This document shows positions 10,542-20,005 of a stretch of 64,000 bases of DNA, one piece after another. Each line of letters begins with the position of its first letter. Within the stretch, counting starts at the first letter, position 1. The position numbers were made by a program, and so were the translations under genes. The notes beneath the pieces were generated by a model that made no database searches, was not told the DNA's origin, and saw only the letters and a program-made list of their open reading frames with translations. This DNA is from an uncultured Actinomycetes bacterium (GTDB taxonomy: Bacteria > Actinomycetota > JAICYB01). The DNA is taken from contig CAZFOB010000002.1 of NCBI GenBank assembly GCA_964520325.1, positions 58,723-122,722 on the forward strand. The letters are read 5' to 3'.

Positions 10542-11966
10542 TCAACGTTGTGCGTTGCCGGTCCGATCCCGGAAGACGTCGCGGATCGTGAAGACATCGT
10601 CACCAGAGAGGATTCCAGAACGGCCGATGATGCGCCCGCGCTCCCAATTCGAGAGTCCGAGCTCGGGACGGTCCCACGCCCACTGACCGTCCACCCATCT
10701 CGTGAACCCGTCACCGACGTACGGTGCGTCGACGCGCGCGTAGAACCGCTCGAAACGTTCGGGATCGGTCGTGATGATCGAGGCGACGAACCTCGGACTG
10801 TAGGTGTTGATCAACGATATCGCGTCGTCGTCGTCGCGAGCGATGACGAGGCTCACCTCTGGGGTGGTTTCCCATTCCCATTCGCGGCGCAGATCGGCGA
10901 GCGAAATGATGTCCACTTGAGTCAGGACCTCAGGCGGGACGTCGTTCTCAGATCCTGCGACGACGTGCAAGCGAAGCAACGGATCCCTGCTCGCGAGTGT
11001 CTCGATCGCAAAAGGGACGAGCTCGCGAGCGCGCCGCGCATCGATCACGAGGGTGTTCAACGTGTTGCACACCTTTCGATCGAGCGACGCGGCGATGGCG
11101 CCGGCGGCGGTGCGGCGGTCGGCGTCGTCGGCCAGGTACATCCATGCGCCGCCCGTCCCGTGCAGAGAGACCGGGATCCCGTGCTGTGCGGCGATCGCGC
11201 CGAGAAGCGTTGTCGCCGGTCCCGAGCCGCGGGCGATCGCGAGCCTGACGTCCGGCATCGTGAACAGTGCGTGTGCCGCTGCGTGTGACGCAGACCGGAC
11301 GAGCGTGACTGCTCCCTCCGGCAGACCCGAGGAACGCAACGCCGGATCGATGGCGCTGCTCTCGATCGAGCCCGCCGTGCGCAACGCGTCGCTTCCGATC
11401 CGCATCACCGAGGTGTTGCCACCACGAAGCACTCCAACGCCGTCCGCGAAGACGTTCGGACGTCCCTCGAAGACGAATGCAACGACGCCGAGTGGCGCGC
11501 GACGGCGCTCGACGGTCCAATCGGGACCTTGGCGGCGTTCGACGATCTCGCCGCGCCGCGAAGTGGCGTTGGCCCAGCCGCGGAGACCTTCGATCATCCC
11601 CTCACGCATCGATGCGCTCGCGACCAGCCGGGCCACCAAGCGTCCTTTCGTGCGAGCGGCCTCGACGTCGGCGTCGTTTGCCTCGACGATCGTGGACCAC
11701 ACGGTTTCGTCCGCCAAGCGGTCGGCGAACGCGCGGAAGAACCCGGAGATCTGCTCGTCGGTGACGTCGGCCATCTCGCGGAACGCTCGGTGAGTCCTGG
11801 CGACGGCGTCCGCGACCGTCTGCTGTTCGGCGATCGGGATCGTGAGGATCTCGCCGGCGGCGTGAACGGGCAGCACGCGATCGCCGTCCGCGATCCGAGG
11901 CATCGTGCATACCTTGTCGCCGACGACGACGGGAGTGCCTGCTGCGACGTCCCGCAGATCAGTCAT
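10542..11966 (-). CDS. proA: Gamma-glutamyl phosphate reductase (ProA-like)
   Basis: PLGVVAFVFEGRPNV, ARGSG and catalytic VCNTLN. Divergent N-terminus. Confidence 0.75.
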   Translation of the reverse strand: MTDLRDVAAGTPVVVGDKVCTMPRIADGDRVLPVHAAGEILTIPIAEQQTVADAVARTHRAFREMADVTDEQISGFFRAFADRLADETVWSTIVEANDADVEAARTKGRLVARLVASASMREGMIEGLRGWANATSRRGEIVERRQGPDWTVERRRAPLGVVAFVFEGRPNVFADGVGVLRGGNTSVMRIGSDALRTAGSIESSAIDPALRSSGLPEGAVTLVRSASHAAAHALFTMPDVRLAIARGSGPATTLLGAIAAQHGIPVSLHGTGGAWMYLADDADRRTAAGAIAASLDRKVCNTLNTLVIDARRARELVPFAIETLASRDPLLRLHVVAGSENDVPPEVLTQVDIISLADLRREWEWETTPEVSLVIARDDDDAISLINTYSPRFVASIITTDPERFERFYARVDAPYVGDGFTRWVDGQWAWDRPELGLSNWERGRIIGRSGILSGDDVFTIRDVFRDRTGNAQR

Positions 11967-12741
11967 CGTCGATCACGCGCCGAGCCACGATGAGGAATCC
12001 CGTGTGGGCGACCATGCGGTGGTCGGGTCTGACCGAGAGGCCATCGACCGTCCATCCACGCTGCATCGTCTCGAAGGACCGCACCATCGTCCATCCACGA
12101 CCGAGTGCAGCGACAAGGTTCTGCACCTGCGGCACCGTGGGGACGAAGGAAAGCAGGATGCCCCCGGGGCGCAGGCATCGGTTCACATTCTCGAGCGCAC
12201 GCCACGGTTCGGTCAGATCGAAGACGACGCGGTCGACCTCGACGTTGATCTCGTCCTCGTAGAGGTCACCGATCTTCGCAACGAGTGTTCCGTAGTTGGG
12301 GTCGGCACCGATGTAACGCTCGATATTCTCCAGCGCCTTGGAGTGGAAGTCATCGCGGACGTCGAAGGTGTGCACGGTCCCTTTCGGTCCGACGGAGCGC
12401 AGCAGCGCAAGCGTGAGGGACCCGGATCCCGTGCCGGCTTCGAGGACGCATGCGCCCGGAAAGATGTCGGCTTCGATCAGGATGGGGCCGAGATCCTTCG
12501 GGTAGATGACTTGCGCGCCGCGCGGCATCTTGAGGACGTACTCGGCGAGCGTCGGACGCAAGACTCGCATCCGCCGCCCCATCGACGATGTGACCTCGCC
12601 CCCTTCTTCGCTGCCGATCACGACATCGTGCTCGAGTGTGCCGTGGTGGGAGTGGAAGACCATGCCGGATTCGAGCGTCACGAGGTAGCGGCGTCCCTTT
12701 CGATCGACGAGGAGCACCAGTTCTCCGTCGGCGAGCGTCAT
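11959..12741 (-). CDS. trmI: tRNA (adenine58-N1)-methyltransferase
   Basis: MPRGAQVIYPKD, VLEAGTGSGSLT and VRPDHRMVAHTGFL. ATG at 12741 overlaps the upstream stop (ATGA). Confidence 0.93.
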   Translation of the reverse strand: MTLADGELVLLVDRKGRRYLVTLESGMVFHSHHGTLEHDVVIGSEEGGEVTSSMGRRMRVLRPTLAEYVLKMPRGAQVIYPKDLGPILIEADIFPGACVLEAGTGSGSLTLALLRSVGPKGTVHTFDVRDDFHSKALENIERYIGADPNYGTLVAKIGDLYEDEINVEVDRVVFDLTEPWRALENVNRCLRPGGILLSFVPTVPQVQNLVAALGRGWTMVRSFETMQRGWTVDGLSVRPDHRMVAHTGFLIVARRVIDDD

Positions 12742-13856
12742 GCCTTCCTCGACTTGTGAAGCTCGCCCATCCGGCAAAAGGCGCAGACGTCGCCCGGGGT
12801 GGGCATGCCGCAGCTCGTACACGCGTGGAGCTCGATGGGCTTCTGCTGCTGCACGAACTGGCTCTTCGCGCGCTCGAGGAATCCCAAGTAGAACGAAGAC
12901 TTCGTCCCCGGTGAGCGCCTCTCGAGAAGATCGAGCGCCTCCTTGTAGCGGAGCTGTGTATTGCCGGAAACGAGCGGGCATTCCTCGACCTGATAATCGA
13001 TGCCGCGCAGGAACGCGTACGCGGCGGTCTCGCGCTCGGACAGCCGATACAGCGGCTTGACCTTCTTCACGAAACCCTCATGTGATGCGGGAAGCACAGG
13101 CGATTGCCGGGCGAGGTACTCGCCCTCCCACCGCAGGACGTTGCCGAGGAGCACCGCGGCTTCGTCGTCGAGGTTGTGTCCGATCGCAACGACGTCGAAG
13201 CCGAGGTCGTAGGCTGACTTGGCGATCAGATGGCGCTTGGTCAGACCGCAGGCACCGCACGTTGGACGTCCAGTCGTCTTCGCGAGCCCTGGGATGTCGA
13301 AGTCGTTCTCATCGCGCACGTCGTGCTTGACGAGCTTGACGCCACGCGAATCGGCGAAGGCCTGTGAGATGCGGAGCGACTCCGGGGCGTAATCCTCGCC
13401 CGTCCACAAGACGATGTGAAAACCTGTCGTGTCGTAGCCGAGCTCGATGAGCACGTCCCACAGCGCGAGCGAATCCTTCCCGCCGGAGATCGCGATGAGC
13501 ACGCGATCCGTTTTGTCGAACATCGACTCGTGATGGACGGCCCGACGAACCTGCTCCCGGAAGAAGTGGATGAAGCAGTCCTTGCAGAACGCCGCGTTGT
13601 GGCGCCGCAACTCGATCGTGGCTTTGCCCCTGCAACTCTTGCACTTGGTGATGTTCTCCGCGCCACCGGAGATCACCGGGCGGATCTCGATCTCGTCGTC
13701 GGCCCCCACGAGATCTTCCCTCGTGAGCAGCTCTTCGCCACGGATGACGAGCACTGCTTCTGGTTCGATACCGAGATCGCGGAGCAACGCCTTGACGCGC
13801 AAGCTGCCCTCGATGATGACCTCGCGTTTGGGATTGCGGAGAACGACCCGTGGCAT
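12738..13856 (-). CDS. ttuA: Fusion of ThiS/MoaD (TtuB-like) sulfur carrier and TtuA-type tRNA 2-thiouridylase
   Basis: 65-aa beta-grasp domain ending IEIRPVISGG, continuing in frame (AENIT) into KCKSC..CKDC Zn finger, PP-loop ISGGKDS, CGAC, GHNLDDE and a C-terminal CxxC..CxxC. Confidence 0.85.
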   Translation of the reverse strand: MPRVVLRNPKREVIIEGSLRVKALLRDLGIEPEAVLVIRGEELLTREDLVGADDEIEIRPVISGGAENITKCKSCRGKATIELRRHNAAFCKDCFIHFFREQVRRAVHHESMFDKTDRVLIAISGGKDSLALWDVLIELGYDTTGFHIVLWTGEDYAPESLRISQAFADSRGVKLVKHDVRDENDFDIPGLAKTTGRPTCGACGLTKRHLIAKSAYDLGFDVVAIGHNLDDEAAVLLGNVLRWEGEYLARQSPVLPASHEGFVKKVKPLYRLSERETAAYAFLRGIDYQVEECPLVSGNTQLRYKEALDLLERRSPGTKSSFYLGFLERAKSQFVQQQKPIELHACTSCGMPTPGDVCAFCRMGELHKSRKA

Positions 13857-14884
13857 CAGGACGCCGCCATCTTTGTCCGGACGATCTCCTCGTCGAGCAC
13901 TCCGCGCACGACGCCCTCGCCGTCGACGACCACGACGATCGGCGCCCGCTCGTTCGCGAGCTTCTCCAGTGCGCGGACGAGCGAGGTGTCGGAGGACACA
14001 TTGAGGTCGGCGCTCCAGGGGATCATCACATCGGCCACCTTCACACCAGGGATGGCGGGCGCCTGCGTGAGTACGCCGGTGAGGCGACCGTCGGATGAGA
14101 CTGCGAACGGGCCTCCCGAGGCCGGCGCCTCCGCGTTGCCGTCGATGCGTCCGGTGAACGGACGCGCCCACGCGCCCGCGGTCTGTTTGTCCAGGGCATG
14201 GAGCGGCGAAGCGACGGCTGTGGCGGTCTTGCTCCGCACAACGACGAAGAGTCCGGTCAGCGCCAGCCAGAGGCCGAATGCGGTTTCCGCGACGAGCTCG
14301 GGGTCTCGGAGCAGCAGGTAGGAGCCTGCAACAAGCGCGACCGCACCGGCGAGGCGGCCGAGGCGCTCGGTCAGCTTGCGACGCCGTCCGGCGGCGGCGA
14401 CGATCTGGCCGCCGTCGAGCGGGAACGCAGGGAGAAGGTTCAGGGCCGCGATCGCGGCGTTCGCCAGACCGATCGTCCGCAGGAGACTACTCATCGAGGC
14501 GTCGGTCGTAGCCGACGCGAATAGGAAGGCCGCAGCCAGGACTGCGCTGACGATCGGACCCGAGAGAGCCGTCCAGATACGGCTGCGGCCGGTGCTCTCA
14601 GGCATCACGGCGACGTCACCGAAGATGAACACGCTCACGGCGGACGGCTGAGTTCCCGTGATGCGTCCCACAACGATGTGCGCAAGCGCGTGGACGAGCA
14701 CGCAGACGAAGTAGGCCAGCAGCGTCACAGCACCGAGGCTCAATGCCGCGAGGAGTCCCTGGTCGCCGTAGGCGATGAACGAGAGATGGGTGGCCAGCAG
14801 CGCGCCCGCCGGGAGCCACGATAGGTGGACGGAGAGCGCCGACCCGAGCGGCCGGCCCAACGCAAAGCCGCGAGTGGGTTGCAT
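13856..14884 (-). CDS. Site-2 protease (M50)-like membrane protein with degenerate CBS domains
   Basis: NLLPAFPLDGG and multiple TM segments. The HExxH position reads HALAH. Confidence 0.75.
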   Translation of the reverse strand: MQPTRGFALGRPLGSALSVHLSWLPAGALLATHLSFIAYGDQGLLAALSLGAVTLLAYFVCVLVHALAHIVVGRITGTQPSAVSVFIFGDVAVMPESTGRSRIWTALSGPIVSAVLAAAFLFASATTDASMSSLLRTIGLANAAIAALNLLPAFPLDGGQIVAAAGRRRKLTERLGRLAGAVALVAGSYLLLRDPELVAETAFGLWLALTGLFVVVRSKTATAVASPLHALDKQTAGAWARPFTGRIDGNAEAPASGGPFAVSSDGRLTGVLTQAPAIPGVKVADVMIPWSADLNVSSDTSLVRALEKLANERAPIVVVVDGEGVVRGVLDEEIVRTKMAAS

Positions 14885-14907
14885 AGCGGAGCCCGTAGCC
14901 TACCATC

Positions 14908-15681
14908 GTGGCTTTGCGCTCCCTTGTTCTTGTGCTCGTCCTGATCGCGGGTGCGTGCACGCGTCCGCCCGGACGGACGTCGTGCACCGGCACCTCGGTC
15001 GACCTGCTCGAGGGCGGAGAGCTGGTCCTCGGATCCGACCTCACCTATCCGCCGTTCGGCTATCACCCGACCGGCAAAGATCCCAAGGGCTTCGAGATCG
15101 ATCTGGTGCGGGCCGTCGCCCGCGACCTCAAGCTCGAGCTCATCGTGGCCAACCGGGCGTCGGGGGCACTGATCACAGGAGTGTTGGCGCACCGCCACGA
15201 CCTGGCAGCGGCGGGCCTGCGTGATACGGAGGAGTTGCAGGAGCAAGCGTGCCTGTCGGCACCGTACATGGACGCTGATCTCGGGATCCTCACACCGAAC
15301 CCCGACCCCCGTGACATCACCGAACCCGGCGACCTCGCGGGACGTACCGTCGCGGTGCTCGAAGGCAGCCGGGCGGAGGCGTGGGCGAAGGAGCATCTGG
15401 ACGAGAGCGTCCTCGCGTCACTACCGACGACCGATGATCTGCTCGAGGCGGTTCTGCAACGCCAGGCTGAAGCCGCCATCGATGACCTGGTCATCGCCAG
15501 GTTCGCTGCGAAGGAGTCGAAGGAGTTGGCCGTCGCGGCCTCGATCGGGACAGCAGAGAGCTACGTGCTCGCGGCCGCGCGTGACAACGGAGGTCTGATC
15601 GCGAGGGTCAACAAGGCACTCGCGCGATTGAAGGCGCGCGGAGGCTTGTCCGAGATCGAGGCAAAGTGGTTCGGGGGCTGA
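14908..15681 (+). CDS. Polar amino-acid ABC transporter substrate-binding lipoprotein
   Basis: Lipobox IAGAC, YPPFG, GFEIDL and C-terminal KWFG. Confidence 0.88.
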   Translation: MALRSLVLVLVLIAGACTRPPGRTSCTGTSVDLLEGGELVLGSDLTYPPFGYHPTGKDPKGFEIDLVRAVARDLKLELIVANRASGALITGVLAHRHDLAAAGLRDTEELQEQACLSAPYMDADLGILTPNPDPRDITEPGDLAGRTVAVLEGSRAEAWAKEHLDESVLASLPTTDDLLEAVLQRQAEAAIDDLVIARFAAKESKELAVAASIGTAESYVLAAARDNGGLIARVNKALARLKARGGLSEIEAKWFGG

Positions 15682-15687
15682 GTGTGT

Positions 15688-16836
15688 TCAGACCAACCGG
15701 CTCGCCGCGTGACCGATGAGCTTCTGCGCCTCGTCGAGGATGTGGTTGCCGTACAGCGAACGCACGAGAGTGTCGTTCGCATGCCCGAGGAAGCGACCGA
15801 CCTGCAGCGGCGAGAGCCTCAAGTCGAGCAGCTCTGTGGCGACGTAATGACGAAACGAGTGTGGGGTAATATGCCGCAGACCCGTACGCTTCAGTGCGTC
15901 ATCGAGCCGCCGCTTAACGCTCCACGAGTTCCAACATGGCAGCGGCGATCGGGCTCCGGGACGCGTGTTCGATGGGAACAGGAAGACTTCTGGATCGCCC
16001 GGCAATACTTCCGCGATCTGATCGAAGAATTCGATGGCGAGATGGAGAGTGCGGACGCTCGACGGTGTCTTCGGTCGCTTGAGCCGGCCCGCCACACGGT
16101 CGGCGCTCCACTCGATCCGTACGGAGCCCTGCGTCTCGCAGACGTGCTTCCGCTGCAACGCACAGATCTCTCCGGGCCGCGCTCCCGTTGCGATCGCGAA
16201 TCTCAGGTAGAGCCACCAAGTCGGGTCGCGGCGGGCCTCTGCGTCCACGATGAGCTTCTCGAGCTCAATGCGCGTCGGTATGTCCTTGTCACTGACAGGC
16301 CGGATGCGATCGTCGGTACCGAAGAAGCCGTCATGATCTATCGACGAACGCCGCGAAGGTCGCACGACGAGGCAAGGGTTGGAGTCGCGCACAAGGATGC
16401 CGTTGCGAATCCCCCAGTCGAAGGCCTGCCGCAAGATGTTGTGCGACTCCTTCGCCGACTTCCATCGCAGTGCCCCGTAGAAGATCTCTAGCTCGAGTGG
16501 TCGAATGGTGTTCGCGTCGATCTGGCCGATCCGAGGCTTGATGTGAACACGAATGTGAATGCCGTACTGCTGGACGGTCGCCGGAGCGATGAACGGCTTC
16601 TTTGAGCGGTACCAGTTCTCACAGAGGGCGGCGACCGACGTGGGCCGTCGCGCCGCGGTCTGATCGTCAGCCCTTGCCAAAGCCCGAACGTCGAGAAACT
16701 CGTCAAGCGAACTCATCGCTAATCCGGCGCTGGTACCGCCGCCGACGACGACTTTGCCGCCGTGATCGCGCGCGCGCCAACGCCATCGCTTTCTGTGTTT
16801 CTCGATCTTCACTCCGCGATGGCTGAACGCTTGCAT
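15688..16836 (-). CDS. Tyrosine recombinase/integrase
   Basis: TGARPGEICAL (R), PKT (K), HSFRH (HxxR), LGHA (H) and SLYG (Y) all present; core-binding region present. Confidence 0.9.
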   Translation of the reverse strand: MQAFSHRGVKIEKHRKRWRWRARDHGGKVVVGGGTSAGLAMSSLDEFLDVRALARADDQTAARRPTSVAALCENWYRSKKPFIAPATVQQYGIHIRVHIKPRIGQIDANTIRPLELEIFYGALRWKSAKESHNILRQAFDWGIRNGILVRDSNPCLVVRPSRRSSIDHDGFFGTDDRIRPVSDKDIPTRIELEKLIVDAEARRDPTWWLYLRFAIATGARPGEICALQRKHVCETQGSVRIEWSADRVAGRLKRPKTPSSVRTLHLAIEFFDQIAEVLPGDPEVFLFPSNTRPGARSPLPCWNSWSVKRRLDDALKRTGLRHITPHSFRHYVATELLDLRLSPLQVGRFLGHANDTLVRSLYGNHILDEAQKLIGHAASRLV

Positions 16837-16917
16837 CGGGTCTCCATGAGCGAACCGGTGTTCGTATCATGACGGTAGGTGATGACATCGAAGAAGGACG
16901 CATCGGGATTTCAGAAG

Positions 16918-16958
16918 TGGGTCACGAATGGGTCACATCGCGTGACCCATGTGACTCA
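16918..16958. promoter_or_regulatory. Four 8-bp boxes (two direct, two inverted), candidate integrase arm-type or operator sites
   Basis: TGGGTCAC at 16918 and 16929; GTGACCCA at 16942; GTGACTCA at 16951. Confidence 0.5.
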
Positions 16959-16977
16959 ATCGATATCATCGCCGCAC

Positions 16978-17062
16978 GTCGGAGTGGCGGAACTTGGTAG
17001 ACGCGCATGGTTGAGGGCCATGTGGGAGCAATCCTGTGGGGGTTCAAATCCCCCCTCCGACA
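16978..17062 (+). tRNA. tRNA-Leu(GAG)
   Basis: Acceptor GTCGGAG/CTCCGAC; anticodon arm CATGG-TTGAGGG-CCATG; long variable arm; T-arm GGGGG-TTCAAAT-CCCCC; discriminator A. CCA not encoded. Confidence 0.96.
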
Positions 17063-18693
17063 CGCACAGTCACCCACCCCCTCGCCTCGGCTCGCACCAC
17101 GCGCCGGACGGGGTCGAATGTGAGGCTCAGGCCGAGCGACTCGTAGAGCTTTCGCTTCTCGTCGCGCTCGGCCGTCTGTAACGCCTCGCGGATGTCGGTC
17201 TGCAAGACCAACTCGCGCAGCTCTTTCCGTGTGAACTTGCGGTGCTCACGTGAATCGGCGACTACCTGCTCGGCAGCCATGCGCTTGCCCTGGACCTCGG
17301 CTATCCAGGTCGTGACGACCTTCGGGTCGGCACCGGCTTCGAGAGCCGCACGGTACTTCGCGAGCTGAGCATCACAGCTCGCAAGGGTTCGGCGAGCACC
17401 CTCCACGCGGGCATCCTGCGGAGGGTCGTGTCGCTGCGCCGCGTCTAGCGCGTCCAGCGTCTCGTCGATGTTTGCGGGGTCGAAGCACCGGAGCAGCCAG
17501 TCGTCGAGCCGCTCAACGATGACGGCCTCGCCGACGCTCACCGAGAGTGGGTGCTCGATTCCCTTGCGGATCGCGTACTGTTCGGGATAGCGGCAGCGGT
17601 ACAAGTGACGGGAACCGTTGCGCTGTGATCCCATCGTGCGGCTGCACACGTCGCAGCGGATGAACCCCCGGAGCAGATAAGTCTCCCGTGTAGCTCCCCG
17701 CTTGCCTGCGAGCGGGCGGTTACGGCCGGCGAGCATATGCGCCTGAGCACTTGCAAACAGCTCCGGCGAGACGATCTCCTCGTGCATGTTCTCCGCCGAC
17801 CAAATCCAGTCGGCCGGATCGTTCCACCGCATTCGCGAGTTGTGGCCGAGCGCGACGTTATCGACATCGACCAGCTCCTCGTGCCGACCCTGACGGTTCC
17901 ACACCTGCCGTCCTGTGTAGCGCGGGTTGCGCAGGATCGCGCGGACGGCGGACTTGGACCACGCGCCGCGGCTCGACTGCCGGTGACGGTTGCGCTCCGG
18001 GTCGTATCCGGACGGCGATGGGATGCCATCGCGCGTGAGCCCTTCGGCGATCGCGTAGAGGCCGGCGCCTTTCACGTACTCGTCGAAAATGCGCTCGACG
18101 ATTCTCGCCGCGACCGGGTCACGCGCGAGCTTGTGCAGACGCACGCCGGACGCGGCCTTGCTCGTGTTCGGGTGCGGCCCCGCGTCGGAGAGTCCGTACC
18201 CGTACGGCGGCCTACCGCCGAGAAAGCGACCCTCGGTGCGAGCCTGCGTGCTCATAGCTGTGCGGACGCGGATCTTGATGCGGTTGCGTTCGCCCTTCGA
18301 CATACCACCAAACAGGAGCATGACGAGGTCGTGAGCCTCCGAGCCTGGATCGACCCGGCCGCCGACCTCGGGCACCCACAGCTCGACGCCCCAGTGAGTG
18401 AACACCGGAAAGACGAGCGCGAACTCCGCGCCCGAGAACGCGCGAGCCGGCTCGCCGATCACGACTGCGTCGAAGCCGCGAGCTTGGTCCGGTAAGACGT
18501 CGAGCAACGCGGACGCCTCCGGACGCCGGCGCCACGGCAACGCGCGCGACTGGCCGACGTCGAAGAATTCCCGAACGACTTCGCCGCCGTGCGGTTCGAT
18601 GAGCTGCGTTGCGCGCGCGAGCTGCCACGCTCGCGACGACTGGGGGTCTTGTTGATCTTCGGTGCTCGTTCGTAGGTAGGCCGCGAATCTCAT
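17044..18693 (-). CDS. Large serine recombinase (integrase)
   Basis: AYLRTSTEDQ catalytic Ser motif, GGRPPYGY, ILRNPRYTG, zinc ribbon (CDVC...YRC), coiled coil. The 3' end overlaps the tRNA 3' end. Confidence 0.95.
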   Translation of the reverse strand: MRFAAYLRTSTEDQQDPQSSRAWQLARATQLIEPHGGEVVREFFDVGQSRALPWRRRPEASALLDVLPDQARGFDAVVIGEPARAFSGAEFALVFPVFTHWGVELWVPEVGGRVDPGSEAHDLVMLLFGGMSKGERNRIKIRVRTAMSTQARTEGRFLGGRPPYGYGLSDAGPHPNTSKAASGVRLHKLARDPVAARIVERIFDEYVKGAGLYAIAEGLTRDGIPSPSGYDPERNRHRQSSRGAWSKSAVRAILRNPRYTGRQVWNRQGRHEELVDVDNVALGHNSRMRWNDPADWIWSAENMHEEIVSPELFASAQAHMLAGRNRPLAGKRGATRETYLLRGFIRCDVCSRTMGSQRNGSRHLYRCRYPEQYAIRKGIEHPLSVSVGEAVIVERLDDWLLRCFDPANIDETLDALDAAQRHDPPQDARVEGARRTLASCDAQLAKYRAALEAGADPKVVTTWIAEVQGKRMAAEQVVADSREHRKFTRKELRELVLQTDIREALQTAERDEKRKLYESLGLSLTFDPVRRVVRAEARGWVTVRVGGGI

Positions 18694-19415
18694 CGTTTCC
18701 GTCTCCCTTGCTCTCTCAGCACTTTGCGTGCTTCGTCCGTGAGTCCCCCGCCGACCCGGCCCTGCGTGGGGCGCGTGAGCATCCCTTTGCGTCGCGCGCC
18801 TTCGACCCGGTCACGTGCTTGCGTATCGCTGAGTCCCCACGCTGCCGCGAGTGTCTTGATAGGCGTCTTAGACTTCCGCCGCGCCGCCACGTACGCCGCC
18901 GCGATCTCCGCGTAATGCCGAGGGGGCAGGGAGCCGGTAGCGTCGGGCTTGCTCTTGCGGATGCGGTATCCGAGGTGTTCGACCTCCTCAGAGAAGTCCG
19001 CCTCGAGAACGCCACGCAGCTGTTGAATGTCGCTCCCCGGCCGGAGCTGGCGCAACTGCCGAGCCGATAGTCCTCCCGCCGGCAGGTCGGCACCTTCTCG
19101 CAGTCCGATCACGATCGCCGCAACGACGATCTCGCCGTCCTGAGGCACGCACTCGTACTCGACCTCCCACGGCGAGCCCCAACTTCTTCGCCCTTCCTCC
19201 GCCGACTTCGGTGGCGGCGCCGGACGCACCCGCACGATTCCATCTGCGTCCTTGAAGCGCTTTCCGACCGGTGGCAGCAGCCTTCGGACAACGTTCAACG
19301 TCGTCCGACGCTTTGCGAGGGACCAAACGCGCCTGAGCACCGGACCGGGACCAGGCGAGTCGTCGAGGGCCGGCAGGCTCCAGCCCGGTCGTGGGGTTCC
19401 GATGCGCTGAGGCAT
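18690..19415 (-). CDS. Putative DNA-binding regulator translationally coupled to the LSR
   Basis: C-terminal HTH-like YAEIAAAY...TLAAAWGLSDTQARDRVEGARRKGML. Stop overlaps the LSR ATG. Start uncertain. Confidence 0.6.
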   Translation of the reverse strand: MPQRIGTPRPGWSLPALDDSPGPGPVLRRVWSLAKRRTTLNVVRRLLPPVGKRFKDADGIVRVRPAPPPKSAEEGRRSWGSPWEVEYECVPQDGEIVVAAIVIGLREGADLPAGGLSARQLRQLRPGSDIQQLRGVLEADFSEEVEHLGYRIRKSKPDATGSLPPRHYAEIAAAYVAARRKSKTPIKTLAAAWGLSDTQARDRVEGARRKGMLTRPTQGRVGGGLTDEARKVLREQGRRKR

Positions 19416-19519
19416 ACCAATAGCGTACCGGATCGAGTCAACGGTGCAGCGCGCTATTGAATCGGTGCACCGTCAGAGGGGGTTCCCCATGGTCCGATAC
19501 CGTGCCACGCTATCGACCT

Positions 19520-19768
19520 GTGACAACCATCACGCCCGATGAGCTTGTAAGGAAGGCGCGTGCCCGTCGCCGTCTGCCAGCGCCTCCCCTCCGCCGGGTC
19601 ATTCGCGAGCGCGCAGGAGTCAGTCGGCGAGAGGTCGCCGAAGCTCTCGGCGTGACGGTGCCTTCCGTCACGCGGTGGGAACTCGGGAGGCGCGAGCCGC
19701 GAGCAGACCTTGCCGAGCGGTACGCGGGTTTGCTCGACCGCTTGATCGACGTCGGCGCCGGACAATGA
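19520..19768 (+). CDS. XRE/Cro-like HTH protein
   Basis: RRVIRERAGVSRREVAEALGVTVPSVTRWELGRREP. Confidence 0.85.
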   Translation: MTTITPDELVRKARARRRLPAPPLRRVIRERAGVSRREVAEALGVTVPSVTRWELGRREPRADLAERYAGLLDRLIDVGAGQ

Positions 19769-19968
19769 GTCGCGCTGACGCTTCAAGTGGGCGGGACGCG
19801 GTCGAGGTCATCGTGCCCGCCGAACCTCCGCGCATCGAGGGTGCGAGCGCAGGCGCGTTGCTTCGCATCCTGCTCGCCGCCGCAGCGGATTCAGGCGACG
19901 AGTCATCGCCAAACGGCTGCGAGAGGAAGCCGCGTGGCGCGAAGGCGCGACACAGTACGTCCGCATGA
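19765..19968 (+). CDS. Small hypothetical protein
   Basis: ATGA overlap with the HTH gene; PAEPPRIEGASAGALLRILL segment. Confidence 0.5.
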   Translation: MSRADASSGRDAVEVIVPAEPPRIEGASAGALLRILLAAAADSGDESSPNGCERKPRGAKARHSTSA

Positions 19969-20005
19969 GGATGCGAGCGCCCGCGCCTTACGAAGCGAGG
20001 GTCGC

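Noticed and set aside
12742-14171. Long N-terminal extensions of the trmI and ttuA ORFs in the ORF track
   Set aside because: They overlap neighbouring genes; stop/start overlaps give starts at 12741 and 13856.
15674-15693. GGGGCTGA...TTCAGAC resembling a tmRNA 5' end
   Set aside because: It is the last codons and stop of the ABC gene, and no tmRNA body follows. The T-arm at 25933 fits tRNA-His better.
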